Positions 39,526 to 48,684 of a stretch of DNA of 64,000 bases are shown here, piece after piece. The number at the start of each line of letters is the position of its first letter. The first letter of the stretch is position 1. Source of the DNA: Alphaproteobacteria bacterium (GTDB lineage: Bacteria; Pseudomonadota; Alphaproteobacteria; CALKHQ01); assembly GCA_965227515.1 (NCBI GenBank), contig CBDDFZ010000001.1, forward strand, positions 960,001 to 1,024,000. The letters run 5' to 3'. Below the pieces are notes generated by a model that saw nothing but the letters and a program-made list of their open reading frames with translations, did not search any database and was not told where the DNA came from. Position numbers and translations under genes: made by a program.

Positions 39526-40644
39526 TTAAGCGCTCGCCCGCAGGCGCTCGCTGGCGCTCTTGAGCTGGCCGCAGGCGGCGAAAATGTCCCGCCCGCGCGG
39601 GGTGCGCACCGGCGAGGGGTAGCCGGCGTCGGTCACGATCTCGGCGAAGCGGCGGATCGCGTTGTTCGACGAGCATTCGTAGGGCGCGCCCGGCCACGGG
39701 TTGAACGGGATCAGGTTGATCTTCGACGGGATGCCGCGGATCAGGTTGACCAGGGCGTGGGCGTCGGCGGTGCTGTCGTTCACGCCCTTCAGCATCACGT
39801 ACTCGAAGGTGATGCGGCGCGCGTTGCTGGCGCCGGGATAGGCGCGGCAGGCCTCGATCAGCTCCGCCAGCGGGTACTTGCGGTTCAGCGGCACCAGCCG
39901 GTCGCGGATCTCGTCGGTCACGGCGTGCAGCGAGACCGCCAGGTTGACACCGATCTCCTCGCCGCAGCGCGCCATCATCGGCACAACGCCGGACGTCGAC
40001 AGGGTGATGCGGCGCTTCGACAGGCTGATGCCCTCGCCATCGGAAATGATGCCGAGCGCGGCCTTGACGTTGTCGAAGTTATAGAGCGGCTCGCCCATGC
40101 CCATCATGACGATGTTGGTGACCAGCCGGCCCTCTTTCGGCGACGGCCACTCGCCCAGCGCGTCGCGCGCCACCATGAGCTGGCCGACGATCTCGCCGGG
40201 GCCGAGATTGCGCACCAGCCGCTGGGTGCCGGTGTGGCAGAAGGTGCAGGTCAGCGTGCAGCCGACCTGGCTGGAGATGCAGACGGTGCCGCGATCCTCC
40301 TCCGGGATGTAGACGGTCTCGATCTCGCGGCCGTCGGTCTGGCGCAGCAGCCATTTGCGGGTGCCGTCGACGCTTTCCTGCAACGTCGCGATGTCCGGGC
40401 GGGCGATGGTGAAGTGCTCGGCCAGTTGCGCACGCACGGTCTTGGAGATGTCGGTCATGGCGTCGAAGTCGGTGACGCCGTGGGCATAGAGCCACTTCCA
40501 GATCTGGTTGGCGCGGAACCGCTCCAGGCCCAGCTCGCGCACCGCCTCGGCCAGCTCGGCGCGGGTGATGCCGACCAGATTGCGCCGGCCCTCGGCACTG
40601 CTGTCCGGCGGCGCGAATACACTGGCGTGTGCGTTCAAACCCAT
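39526..40644 (-). CDS. rlmN: 23S rRNA (A2503)/tRNA C2-methyltransferase RlmN
   Basis: [33 protein letters not shown] and AACGQL. Confidence 0.97.
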   Translation of the reverse strand: MGLNAHASVFAPPDSSAEGRRNLVGITRAELAEAVRELGLERFRANQIWKWLYAHGVTDFDAMTDISKTVRAQLAEHFTIARPDIATLQESVDGTRKWLLRQTDGREIETVYIPEEDRGTVCISSQVGCTLTCTFCHTGTQRLVRNLGPGEIVGQLMVARDALGEWPSPKEGRLVTNIVMMGMGEPLYNFDNVKAALGIISDGEGISLSKRRITLSTSGVVPMMARCGEEIGVNLAVSLHAVTDEIRDRLVPLNRKYPLAELIEACRAYPGASNARRITFEYVMLKGVNDSTADAHALVNLIRGIPSKINLIPFNPWPGAPYECSSNNAIRRFAEIVTDAGYPSPVRTPRGRDIFAACGQLKSASERLRASA

Positions 40645-40681
40645 GGATCGATCTCTCCGCCGGCTCGTGTTTTCTTGCCGG

Positions 40682-41674
40682 CTATTCCCAAGCCTCGCCG
40701 CCGCCCGAATCGCTGTCCCCACTGTCAGGCGCCGGCCGGGGCTCGCCAACCTGGTTGGCGATCGGCGTCAGCGACCGCAGATAGGCGATCATCGCGTCGC
40801 GGTCGGCGTCGGTCAGCTCGCTGGTGGTGTTCTTGACAACCTCGCCCATGCCGCTGCCGGCGAAGTCGCCCGCCGGGTCCATGCCGGAAACGAAGAAGAA
40901 CCGCAAGTCCCCATCCGACCAACGGCCGATGCCGGTGGCCTCATCAGGCGTGATATTGGGCACCGCTCCGCCCTCCGGCCCTTCCGCCGCCCCGGCCAGC
41001 AACATGTCGTCGATGCGCGCGCCCATGAAGTCGCGCGGCGTGTGGCATTCGCCGCAATGGGCCAGGGCGGAGACGATGTAACGCCCGCGTTCCCAGACCG
41101 CGTCGGCGTCCGCCACCTCAGGTAGGGGGCCCTGGTCGAAGTTCAACACCTTCCACACCGCCAGCGCCGGGCGGAAGCCGAACGGGAACGCCACCTCGTG
41201 CTCGGTATTGGCTTGCGCCGCTGTCGGCAGCGAAAAGATGTAGGCCTTCAGGTCCAGCATGTCGGTGACCGACATCGCGGTGAAGCTGGTGTAGGGGAAG
41301 ACCGGGAAATAGTCGTCGCCGCCGGGCGACACGCCCTGGCCCAGCGCGCGCACGAAGTCCTCGTCGCTCCAGGCACCAATGCCGTGTTCGGGGTCGGCGG
41401 TGATGTTGGGGCCGTAGAAGGTGCCGAACGGTGTCGCCAGCTCCCGCCCGCCGGCAAGCAGCACCGCGTCGTCCGCCTGCGCGGTGTGGCAGCCGGCGCA
41501 ACCGGCGGCGGCGAAGATGTAGGCCCCGTTCTCCACCGATGGCGTGTGGTCCGGCAGCACCACGTCGCTGCGGGTCAGCCAGCGCGCGCCCAGGAACACC
41601 ACCAGCGCACCGATCACGCCGAGGACGGCCAGCCCGACCAGCCATTTCAACAGTCGCCTGGAACGTGTCGCCAT
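40682..41674 (-). CDS. Membrane-anchored diheme cytochrome c
   Basis: N-terminal TM; CAGCH and CGECH; [17 protein letters not shown]. Confidence 0.92.
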   Translation of the reverse strand: MATRSRRLLKWLVGLAVLGVIGALVVFLGARWLTRSDVVLPDHTPSVENGAYIFAAAGCAGCHTAQADDAVLLAGGRELATPFGTFYGPNITADPEHGIGAWSDEDFVRALGQGVSPGGDDYFPVFPYTSFTAMSVTDMLDLKAYIFSLPTAAQANTEHEVAFPFGFRPALAVWKVLNFDQGPLPEVADADAVWERGRYIVSALAHCGECHTPRDFMGARIDDMLLAGAAEGPEGGAVPNITPDEATGIGRWSDGDLRFFFVSGMDPAGDFAGSGMGEVVKNTTSELTDADRDAMIAYLRSLTPIANQVGEPRPAPDSGDSDSGGGEAWE

Positions 41675-41710
41675 CGCCGTTCTTCCCGCGCGAAGTTTAG
41701 TGGGGCCACC

Positions 41711-41741
41711 AAAAGCAAAGGGGCCGCGTTACCGCGACCCC
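41711..41741 (-). terminator. Intrinsic terminator after cytochrome c'
   Basis: Minus strand GGGGTCGCG-GTAA-CGCGGCCCC followed by TTTGCTTTT. Confidence 0.7.
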
Positions 41742-41805
41742 CGCCAATCTAACGTATGCGACCGGCCAAGCGCCAACCGCATCTTTGCGCGTCGTTTGCG
41801 CGAGG

Positions 41806-42261
41806 CTACTCCGCGCGATAGGTGTCGTGGCAGGCGCCACAGGACTGACCGACGGCACCGAACGCCTCGCCAATCGCGGCAAGATCGCCGCCTTCAGCCG
41901 CGGCCACGAGCGCCGCCGTGGCTTCCTGGGTGGATTCCGCCGCGGCGACGAAGCCGTCCCAGTCTTCCCAGATCACCGCCAGCGCCCGGTTGTCGGCGCC
42001 TTCCATGCTGCCTTCCGGCGTCGCGTCGACGATCATGCCAGCGAGCGCGTCGAGCGCCTGAGCGTGGCCAAGCGCATGCTCGGCGAAGTCCACTTCACCG
42101 CGCACGATGCGCGACATGGCGCCCATATGCGCGCCCAGACCGCCCATGACGGCTTGGCGATACTTGATCGTGGCCTCGTCTGCCTGGGCAATGGATGCCG
42201 TGGCACCAAGGACGGCGGCCACCGCCGCCGCGCCGATCAAGCGGATGTTTCTGGGGGTCAT
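41806..42261 (-). CDS. Cytochrome c' / c556 (class II)
   Basis: Signal peptide; IKYRQAVM, IWEDWDGF and C-terminal CGACHDTYR. Confidence 0.93.
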   Translation of the reverse strand: MTPRNIRLIGAAAVAAVLGATASIAQADEATIKYRQAVMGGLGAHMGAMSRIVRGEVDFAEHALGHAQALDALAGMIVDATPEGSMEGADNRALAVIWEDWDGFVAAAESTQEATAALVAAAEGGDLAAIGEAFGAVGQSCGACHDTYRAE

Positions 42262-42430
42262 AGGCACTCTCCCGCGAAGTGAACTGTGAACTGCGTCGTT
42301 AACGCTATGCCAAGCACAGCCGACACAGCCATTCACAAGCCGGTGACGCCGGTTGACGTGGCCGTGAACGGGCGTGACGGCCAGCCATTAGAACCGGATC
42401 GCTTCTTGCGGCGACCTAAAGCATGACCAT

Positions 42431-42525
42431 TCAAGTCGGCACCGGCCCTCTCCCCCACCCGGCCACCCACGAAAGTATCCTGCCTGGGTGGCCGGGTGGG
42501 GGAGAGGGCTGGCGCAGACTCAGCG
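42431..42525. repeat. 95-nt long palindrome, copy 1
   Basis: Near-identical arms to 54117-54211. Confidence 0.9.
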
Positions 42526-42583
42526 TCAGGTGATCCCGACCTACGGGTGTCGTGACTTCCGCGACCGGAATAAGGAATCCGCC

Positions 42584-42877
42584 ATGGCGACCATGCCCGT
42601 GAACACGCTGCTGAAGATCGGGACCGTTCTGGCCTCGGCAGGTGCGGTCGCGTTCCTGACCATGGCATTCCTTGGCCCGCAGCTCCGCCATCAGGTGGTG
42701 CTGGAAGCGCCCCAGGCCGACACCTGGTTCCCGCGCCGTGCCGCACGTGCGGAGGCTGCGGCGGACAATTATCGCTCGGGCGGCTTCGATGAGACCCTGG
42801 CCCTGCTGCTGGCGCGCGCGATCGACGGGTCGGCGCCGCGGCCTGGTGCACCGATGCCGAACATCGTCCCGGAATGA
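42584..42877 (+). CDS. Small hypothetical membrane-anchored protein (97 aa)
   Basis: TAAGGA RBS; one hydrophobic helix; GC3 bias. Confidence 0.55.
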   Translation: MATMPVNTLLKIGTVLASAGAVAFLTMAFLGPQLRHQVVLEAPQADTWFPRRAARAEAAADNYRSGGFDETLALLLARAIDGSAPRPGAPMPNIVPE

Positions 42878-42884
42878 GCACCTC

Positions 42885-43391
42885 TCACTCGTCTGCAAGC
42901 TCGGCGATGTCGCCGACGCGGACGCCATCCTTCTCGCTCTCCGGCAGCGCATCCAGCATGGCTTGAACGGTCAGCCCGCTCTGCGGGTCGGTCAGGCCGG
43001 GCGCAATCTCCGCCAGCGGCTGCAGCACGAAGCCGCGCTCGGCGATCCGCGGGTGCGGCACCTCAAGCTCAGGGGTCTCGATGATCAGGTCGTCGACGTA
43101 GAGAATGTCGATATCGACCACCCGCGGGCCGTAGCGGTATGTCGGCTGACGGCCGACCGCGGACTCGATGGCCTGGGTCCGGGCCAGCAGCGCGCGTGGC
43201 ACCAACTCCGTCGTTCCGATAGCGGCCATGTTGAGGAAAGCCGGCTGGTCCACGACATAGCGTGGGGCCGTCTGATACACGGCGGATGCGGTCAGGTCGG
43301 CCACGTGGGCGGCCAGTCCGTCCAGGGCCGCGCGCAAGGCGCCGGCCCGATCGCCCAGATTGGCACCCAGCGCCAAGGCGACGCGGTGCAT
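42885..43391 (-). CDS. folK: 2-amino-4-hydroxy-6-hydroxymethyldihydropteridine diphosphokinase
   Basis: LALGANLGDR, DQPAFLN, GPRVVDIDIL and PHPRIAERGFVL.PL. Confidence 0.96.
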   Translation of the reverse strand: MHRVALALGANLGDRAGALRAALDGLAAHVADLTASAVYQTAPRYVVDQPAFLNMAAIGTTELVPRALLARTQAIESAVGRQPTYRYGPRVVDIDILYVDDLIIETPELEVPHPRIAERGFVLQPLAEIAPGLTDPQSGLTVQAMLDALPESEKDGVRVGDIAELADE

Positions 43392-43409
43392 CGCCGGCCT
43401 CTCCCTAAC

Positions 43410-44432
43410 CTAACGATCCGGACCGCTGAGCGCGGCGCGTGGCACCAGATGGTGGGCTGGCACGTCCTCGCGCAACGTCATGCCGACCACCCGGTCGATC
43501 TCGGTCGCCAGCACCTCGGTCCCCGGCCGGGCGAACATCAGGTCGTCGCGGGCCAGGGTGGTGCCGGCCGCCAGGTCGCGTGCCGCGATCACGCCCTTGC
43601 GCACCAGCGGCAGCAGCGACTCCTCGCTCGGCTGCCGCGCCTTGTCGGCCAAGCCGACAGCGGCGCGGATCTCCGGCACGATGGCCACCAACGCGGCCAA
43701 CTCTTGCGGCTCGTAAGACAGCGCGTGATCGCGGAAGGTGCGGCCCTCGCGCCGGTCGGTGACGTGCACCTCCAGGATCGGCGCGCCCAGCGCGACCGCC
43801 GCGTAGCACGCCGCCGGGCCGATGACGTGGTTGGAGAACCCGACCGTCACGCCATAGCGTTCGCGCAGCGCCGGGATCACCGCCACATGCGCCTCGCTGG
43901 CAGGGGTGGGGTAGGCGCTGGTGCACTGCATCAGGATCAACCGGTCGGCCAGCGCGTCGGCGCCGATCTCCTCGCGCGCCCAGCCCACCGCCTGGTCGAT
44001 CTCGTCCAGCGTGCCGAGCCCGGTGGAGATGATGATCTTGCGGCCGGTCGCCGCCGCGGCGCGAATCACCGGCTCGAAGGTCAGGTCGCCGCTGGCGATC
44101 TTGATCGCCTCGCCCAGCTCGGCCAGCAACGGCACCGCATCCTCGGTCACGGCGGTCGAGAAGAACGCGATGCCGGCCTCTGCGGCCACCTGTGCCAGCA
44201 TGCGGTGGGCGGCTTCGTCCAGCGCGAACCGGCCGACGCGTTCCAGCCGCTCGGCGTCGTTGGCGGCGGCATAGCGGGCCGGCGTGTAGGTCTGGAACTT
44301 CACCGCGTCCGCGCCGGCGTCGGCGGCCAGGCGGACCAGATTGGCCGCGGCTTCCGGATCGCCCTCGTGGTTGACGCCGATCTCGGCCACCACGGCCGTT
44401 TCCACTTGCAGGTCCTTGCCAAAAATATGCAT
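43410..44432 (-). CDS. N-acetylneuraminate synthase family protein (NeuB/SpsE/PseI) with C-terminal SAF domain
   Basis: AEIGVNHEG, ADAVKFQT, KIASGD, CTSAYP, GFSNH and RPGT. Confidence 0.92.
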   Translation of the reverse strand: MHIFGKDLQVETAVVAEIGVNHEGDPEAAANLVRLAADAGADAVKFQTYTPARYAAANDAERLERVGRFALDEAAHRMLAQVAAEAGIAFFSTAVTEDAVPLLAELGEAIKIASGDLTFEPVIRAAAATGRKIIISTGLGTLDEIDQAVGWAREEIGADALADRLILMQCTSAYPTPASEAHVAVIPALRERYGVTVGFSNHVIGPAACYAAVALGAPILEVHVTDRREGRTFRDHALSYEPQELAALVAIVPEIRAAVGLADKARQPSEESLLPLVRKGVIAARDLAAGTTLARDDLMFARPGTEVLATEIDRVVGMTLREDVPAHHLVPRAALSGPDR

Positions 44433-44444
44433 CTGCTCCGCCGC

Positions 44445-45560
44445 CTATTCCGCCGCCAGAAGTCGAGGGGCCGCCCGGTCGGCATCCGATGCCGCCGGCC
44501 GGTCGGTGAGTGTCAGGAACACGAGCTTGGCGAGCGTGCGCGCCTTCGCCTTGGCGCCCGCCATGTGGTTGAGGACGCCGCGCCAGCCGCCGGCCGATGG
44601 CGCGCCGGACAGGTCGTAGCCCACCGCGCGGGCGCTGCGCCCGCAGATCGCGGCGATCAGACCGAGGGCGCGGTCGTCCAGCCGGTCCTTCCAGCGCTCG
44701 TTCGGTGTGGTCACCACGCCGCTGCCTTCTTCCTGCGGGTCGTTGCTGGTGCCATAGGACAGGGCGGCGATGCCGGCGGCCAGCGCCGCTTCGTCCATCG
44801 CCGGCAGGCCGAGGGCGGCAAACAGTGCGCGCGCCATCGCCGCCGGGTCGCGGGTCAGATCCTCGAACCGCAGCACCACGGTGCGGTCGGGATGGCGGCG
44901 GGCCAGCCGGCGCTGCTGGCGGGTCATGTTGCGCCAGTGCAGCGCCGTCTCGACGATGTCGCGCGGCTGGACCGCGAAATCGGTGTCGCCACGGGCATCG
45001 GCATGGCGCTTGGCCATGGAGGCGACGGCACCGCGCGGGTCGCGCACGATCATCACGAACCGGCCTTGCGGGAACGCTGCCGGCAGCTCGTCGACGCCCC
45101 AGAAGTCGTTGCCCTTGTCCAACCACGCCACCATGCCGGCCGGGTCGCGGCGCTCATCGGGATCGAGCGCCACCGTCAGCGGATAGAGCTGATAGAGGTC
45201 GTGCAGGTTCTTTTCCGCCGCCGCCAGATTGGACAGCCGCACATAGGCCTGGCTGCGCGCCTGGTCCAGGCTGTCGCGCACCTCGGCGCGGCGCAGGTAA
45301 TAGGGCGTCCACAGGAGCTGGCGCCACAGCCGGTCATGCACCTTGCGGCGATAGCGCCAGACATGGACCATGAAGGCACTGGGGCCGGCCATGGCAATGA
45401 CGCCGGGGTGGAGCGCGATGATCGACTGCAACAGCGATGTGCCGCCGCGCGCGCTGCCGACGACATAGATCAGCCGCTCCAGCGCCTGGCGGGGCGGGCC
45501 GCCCAAAGTCTCCAGCAACTGGTCGCGCAATGTCTTGGCGTCGCGCAATGTCTTGGCCAT
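44445..45560 (-). CDS. Sulfotransferase family protein
   Basis: 5'-PSB-like VVGSARGGTSLL; 3'-PB-like IVRDPRGAVAS; LRFEDLTRDP. Confidence 0.85.
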   Translation of the reverse strand: MAKTLRDAKTLRDQLLETLGGPPRQALERLIYVVGSARGGTSLLQSIIALHPGVIAMAGPSAFMVHVWRYRRKVHDRLWRQLLWTPYYLRRAEVRDSLDQARSQAYVRLSNLAAAEKNLHDLYQLYPLTVALDPDERRDPAGMVAWLDKGNDFWGVDELPAAFPQGRFVMIVRDPRGAVASMAKRHADARGDTDFAVQPRDIVETALHWRNMTRQQRRLARRHPDRTVVLRFEDLTRDPAAMARALFAALGLPAMDEAALAAGIAALSYGTSNDPQEEGSGVVTTPNERWKDRLDDRALGLIAAICGRSARAVGYDLSGAPSAGGWRGVLNHMAGAKAKARTLAKLVFLTLTDRPAASDADRAAPRLLAAE

Positions 45561-45641
45561 CGAATATGGAGGGGTCCAGACGGCGCGCGTCCGGCGCCGA
45601 AACCGGGCGGATCATTCACCACGTGAACGAACGGGTCAAGC

Positions 45642-45664
45642 TGAAATTCATGGCGTGAATTTCA
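45642..45664. promoter_or_regulatory. Perfect inverted repeat, candidate operator between divergent genes
   Basis: TGAAATTCA-TGGCG-TGAATTTCA. Confidence 0.5.
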
Positions 45665-45767
45665 AACCGGCGCGCCATTCGGCCGGCCCGGCCCTGGCGG
45701 TTTCGCGCCGTTATCGCTGGCCAGGGGCAGCGAAATTGCCTATCCAGGACGCGGTCGTGCCGCGCGG

Positions 45768-47129
45768 ATGCGGCGGCACTTCGTGGCACGCGCGAGCAGG
45801 TCCGCGCGACGCCCGTCCATTCCGACACGCGTGCATCCGGGGTTCCCCTTCCTGAGACCGCCATTCCCTGTCGATGCCATCGGCCGGCGCATGTTCTATG
45901 GCTGGGCGGTGCTGTTCGTGGCCGCCGCCGGCATGTTCGTCAGCGGCGCCGGGCAGTCGTTCAATTTCTCCGTCTTCGTCGAGCCGATCGAGCGCGAGCT
46001 CGGCATGACCTCCACCGGTGTCGCCAGCGCCTATGGACTGGCGACCCTGGGCGCCTCGTTCCTGCTGCCCTATGTCGGCCGGCTGATCGACAGGTATGGC
46101 CCGCGCCGCGTGCTGCTGGCCGTGTCGGTGGCCCTGGGGGCCGGCTGCGTCGCGTTCTCGTTCGTCGCCGACCCGGTGACCCTGACCCTGGGCTTCGCGG
46201 TGCTGCGCTTCCTCGGCCAGGGCGCGATGATGCTGGTCTGCGGCAACATGGTGGCCCAGTGGTTCGCGGCCAGGCGCGGGCTTGCGCTCAGCCTGATGAC
46301 GCTCGGTTTCGCGGCGTCGATGGCGCTTTATCCACCGCTCGGCGCGCATCTGATGGAGGGTGCGAGCTGGCGCGACGCGTGGCCCTGGTTCGGCGGCCTG
46401 ACCCTGGTGCTGATGGTGCCGCTGGTGCTGCTGCTGGCCCGCGACAAGCCGGAGGACTTCGGCCTGAAGCCCGACGGCGTGGGGCGCAACGGGCGCCCCG
46501 ACGATGCCGGCCCGCAACCGGTGTGGGCGCAGCCGGACCGTGGGCTGTCGCTGACCGCGGCGCTGCGAACGCCGGCGTTCTACATCATCGCCGCCGGCAT
46601 GTTCGCGATCTCGATGCTGTCGACGGCGCTGCACATCTTCCAGGTGCGCATCCTGACCAGCCAGGGCATCTCGGACGATACCGCCGCGCTGGGGTTCACC
46701 GTGTCGGCCATCACCATGGCGGCCGCGATGCCGCTGCTGGGGCGGTTGATGGACAAGGTCGACGCCAAGCCCGTGTTCATGGCGGCATTGTTCGTCCAGG
46801 CGCTGAGCCTGCTGCTGGCGTCGCTGGCGACATCGGTGCCGCTGGCGCTCGCCTACTCGGCCGTGTTCGGCATCACTAATGCTTCGAGCCTGGTGCTGGC
46901 CAGCTTCATATGGCCGCGCTATTTCGGCCGCCGGCATCTGGGTGCGGTGCAGGGCACCGCCACCACCATCGTGGTCGTCGGCGCCTCGGTCGGGCCGACG
47001 CCGTTGGGCGCGGGCTACGACCTGTTCGGCGACTTTGCGCTCACGCTGCAGTTGCTGGCCGTCGTGCCGGTGGCGCTGATCTTGCTGGCCGGCTGCCTGA
47101 AGGTGCCGGCGGAGATGGAGCCCACGTGA
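45768..47129 (+). CDS. MFS transporter (OFA/MCT-like); start uncertain (alternative ATG at 45891)
   Basis: FYGW, GRLIDRYGPR (motif A), WF..RRGLA, PEDFGLKPDG and YFGRRHLG. Confidence 0.9.
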   Translation: MRRHFVARASRSARRPSIPTRVHPGFPFLRPPFPVDAIGRRMFYGWAVLFVAAAGMFVSGAGQSFNFSVFVEPIERELGMTSTGVASAYGLATLGASFLLPYVGRLIDRYGPRRVLLAVSVALGAGCVAFSFVADPVTLTLGFAVLRFLGQGAMMLVCGNMVAQWFAARRGLALSLMTLGFAASMALYPPLGAHLMEGASWRDAWPWFGGLTLVLMVPLVLLLARDKPEDFGLKPDGVGRNGRPDDAGPQPVWAQPDRGLSLTAALRTPAFYIIAAGMFAISMLSTALHIFQVRILTSQGISDDTAALGFTVSAITMAAAMPLLGRLMDKVDAKPVFMAALFVQALSLLLASLATSVPLALAYSAVFGITNASSLVLASFIWPRYFGRRHLGAVQGTATTIVVVGASVGPTPLGAGYDLFGDFALTLQLLAVVPVALILLAGCLKVPAEMEPT

Positions 47130-47142
47130 CGTAGGATCGAGG

Positions 47143-47277
47143 TCAGACGATCCCCATCCATGTCATCGCCGCCAGGGTCACCACAGACGCGAAGGCGGAG
47201 ATCAGGCCGTATTCGATGGCGGTGATGCCATCCCGGTTGGACAGAAATTCCTTCAGGCAACCAAGTCGCTTCGACAT
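47143..47277 (-). pseudogene. Degenerate or truncated Flp (type IVb/IVc) pilin
   Basis: FLSNRDG|ITAIEYGLI Flp motif; stops after 44 aa; a pilin-like continuation (GDRLTSILRHVG) lies in another frame. Confidence 0.6.
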
Positions 47278-47351
47278 TACAGGATCCACCACTATCGCCG
47301 CGCCGGATCGTTGCAGGCGGGCTTGTTGCGGGGGTCCGGCGCCAGCCGTGG

Positions 47352-47366
47352 TTAACGCCGGGTTAA
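47352..47366. promoter_or_regulatory. CtrA binding site
   Basis: Perfect TTAA-N7-TTAA (TTAACGCCGGGTTAA) upstream of a Flp pilin, as for Caulobacter pilA. Confidence 0.7.
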
Positions 47367-47443
47367 TGTTCGAAAGTGTCTCAACAGCCCTGTGTATTTG
47401 CAGCAAATTTTATGTAACGGCGTGTAACAATCGGGGGCGACGC

Positions 47444-47476
47444 AAACGAAAACGGGGCCGGCATGGCCGACCCCGC
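47444..47476 (-). terminator. Intrinsic terminator downstream of the middle pilin
   Basis: Minus strand CGGGGTCGGC-CAT-GCCGGCCCCG followed by TTTTCGTTT. Confidence 0.7.
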
Positions 47477-47621
47477 TTCAATGTTTGGCTTTTGAATCCG
47501 ACGGGCGCAGACAGCGAAACGGCCGGCGCCCCACACGCCGACCGTCCGCACCCCCATGCCTATCGCATCGCAGGCTAGAGCATGATCATTCTAGATTTCC
47601 AACAGGCGCGTCTCTTGCCGA

Positions 47622-47807
47622 TCAGGCGCCGCTGCCGCTGCCGACCGACGCTGCGCCGATCTCCGAGGATACCGTGGTGAACATCGTCTCCAGGCTGCCG
47701 CCCATGGCGTTCAAAGCGCCGATGGCGGCGACCGAGACCAGGGCCGCGATCAGGCCGTACTCGATGGCGGTTGCACCGTCTTCCTCGGTGAAAAAGCGCT
47801 TCAACAT
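47622..47807 (-). CDS. Flp family pilin
   Basis: MLKRFFTEEDG|ATAIEYGLIAALV; AGGAGG RBS. Confidence 0.95.
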   Translation of the reverse strand: MLKRFFTEEDGATAIEYGLIAALVSVAAIGALNAMGGSLETMFTTVSSEIGAASVGSGSGA

Positions 47808-48080
47808 GACCAGTGCCTCCTGCATTCGATCGGTTGATGTCTCGTCCAGGACGGCGCCTCATTCCGTCCTCGCAAAACAACTGTGCCAAAAGCGAGCGGC
47901 ATTCGCAAATAGATTTGTGTATCGTTGTGTAAAATTTGAAACACAAACAGCGGGATTTTTGTCGATGGTATGGTAAACACTTGGTAAATACACTGCATTT
48001 ACCATTAATGAATATTACTTCTGAGGGATATCGGCTACAAAAGACGGCGTCGCCGACTAGCCGAACACGCGATTGGCACA

Positions 48081-48113
48081 ACAAGAAAGGCCCGCCGTGA
48101 CGGGCGGGCCTTG
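48081..48113 (-). terminator. Intrinsic terminator downstream of the first pilin
   Basis: Minus strand AAGGCCCGCC...GGCGGGCCTT followed by TCTTGT. Confidence 0.7.
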
Positions 48114-48148
48114 TTGGGGTTGGCGTGTTCTTGCGCTGAGGTGGGCGA

Positions 48149-48328
48149 TCAGCCGCCCGATCCGCTGGTCGCGCCATCGATGGCGGTGGACATGGTGCCG
48201 AACACGGTCTCCAGGCTCTCGCCAAGGGTGCCGAGCGCCGCGATCGCGCCGATTGCCACCAGGGCCGCGATCAGCCCGTACTCGATGGCGGTGGCTCCGT
48301 CCTCGTCCTGCCAGAAGCGCTTCAGCAT
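48149..48328 (-). CDS. Flp family pilin
   Basis: MLKRFWQDEDG|ATAIEYGLIAALV; GGAGA RBS. Confidence 0.95.
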   Translation of the reverse strand: MLKRFWQDEDGATAIEYGLIAALVAIGAIAALGTLGESLETVFGTMSTAIDGATSGSGG

Positions 48329-48684
48329 CGTCGTTTCTCCAATCCTGCCTGGGTGTGGGGCCCAATGCGGAGGTCGCTCTCGCGCCACCGCCGCAATCAA
48401 CTGCCACACTTATGCCAAACATCTCCAAAAATCGCAAACAAAAATCATAGATTTGTTTCTGATTATTATTTCAATTATGAGGTATTTTTGCCATAAAATT
48501 GACAATACATTATCCTAATTACTTTCGATGCTCGGTATCGGGCCGGGTCCGCCTGAAAAATAGGCACGGCTGACGCGGGTGAGGCCACTTGGAAATCGGT
48601 GGGCGGTGTGTTCAACTATGGGTCGCTGCGGGCGCACCGGTGCCTAGGCGACGGAGAACGACACGGGTTTGCCAGGAATGCCAC

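Noticed and set aside
42672-45626. 984-aa plus-strand ORF, and similar long ORFs such as 7302-9509, 2241-4175, 49949-52039, 57112-59160 and 62054-63934
   Set aside because: Antisense shadows of well-supported genes in GC-rich DNA; Arg/Gly/His-rich with no motifs.
48562-48577. Sigma-54 promoter (AGGCACG-N4-ACGC)
   Set aside because: GG-N10-GC spacing fits but the -12 element lacks TTGC; the overlapping palindrome is a better explanation.
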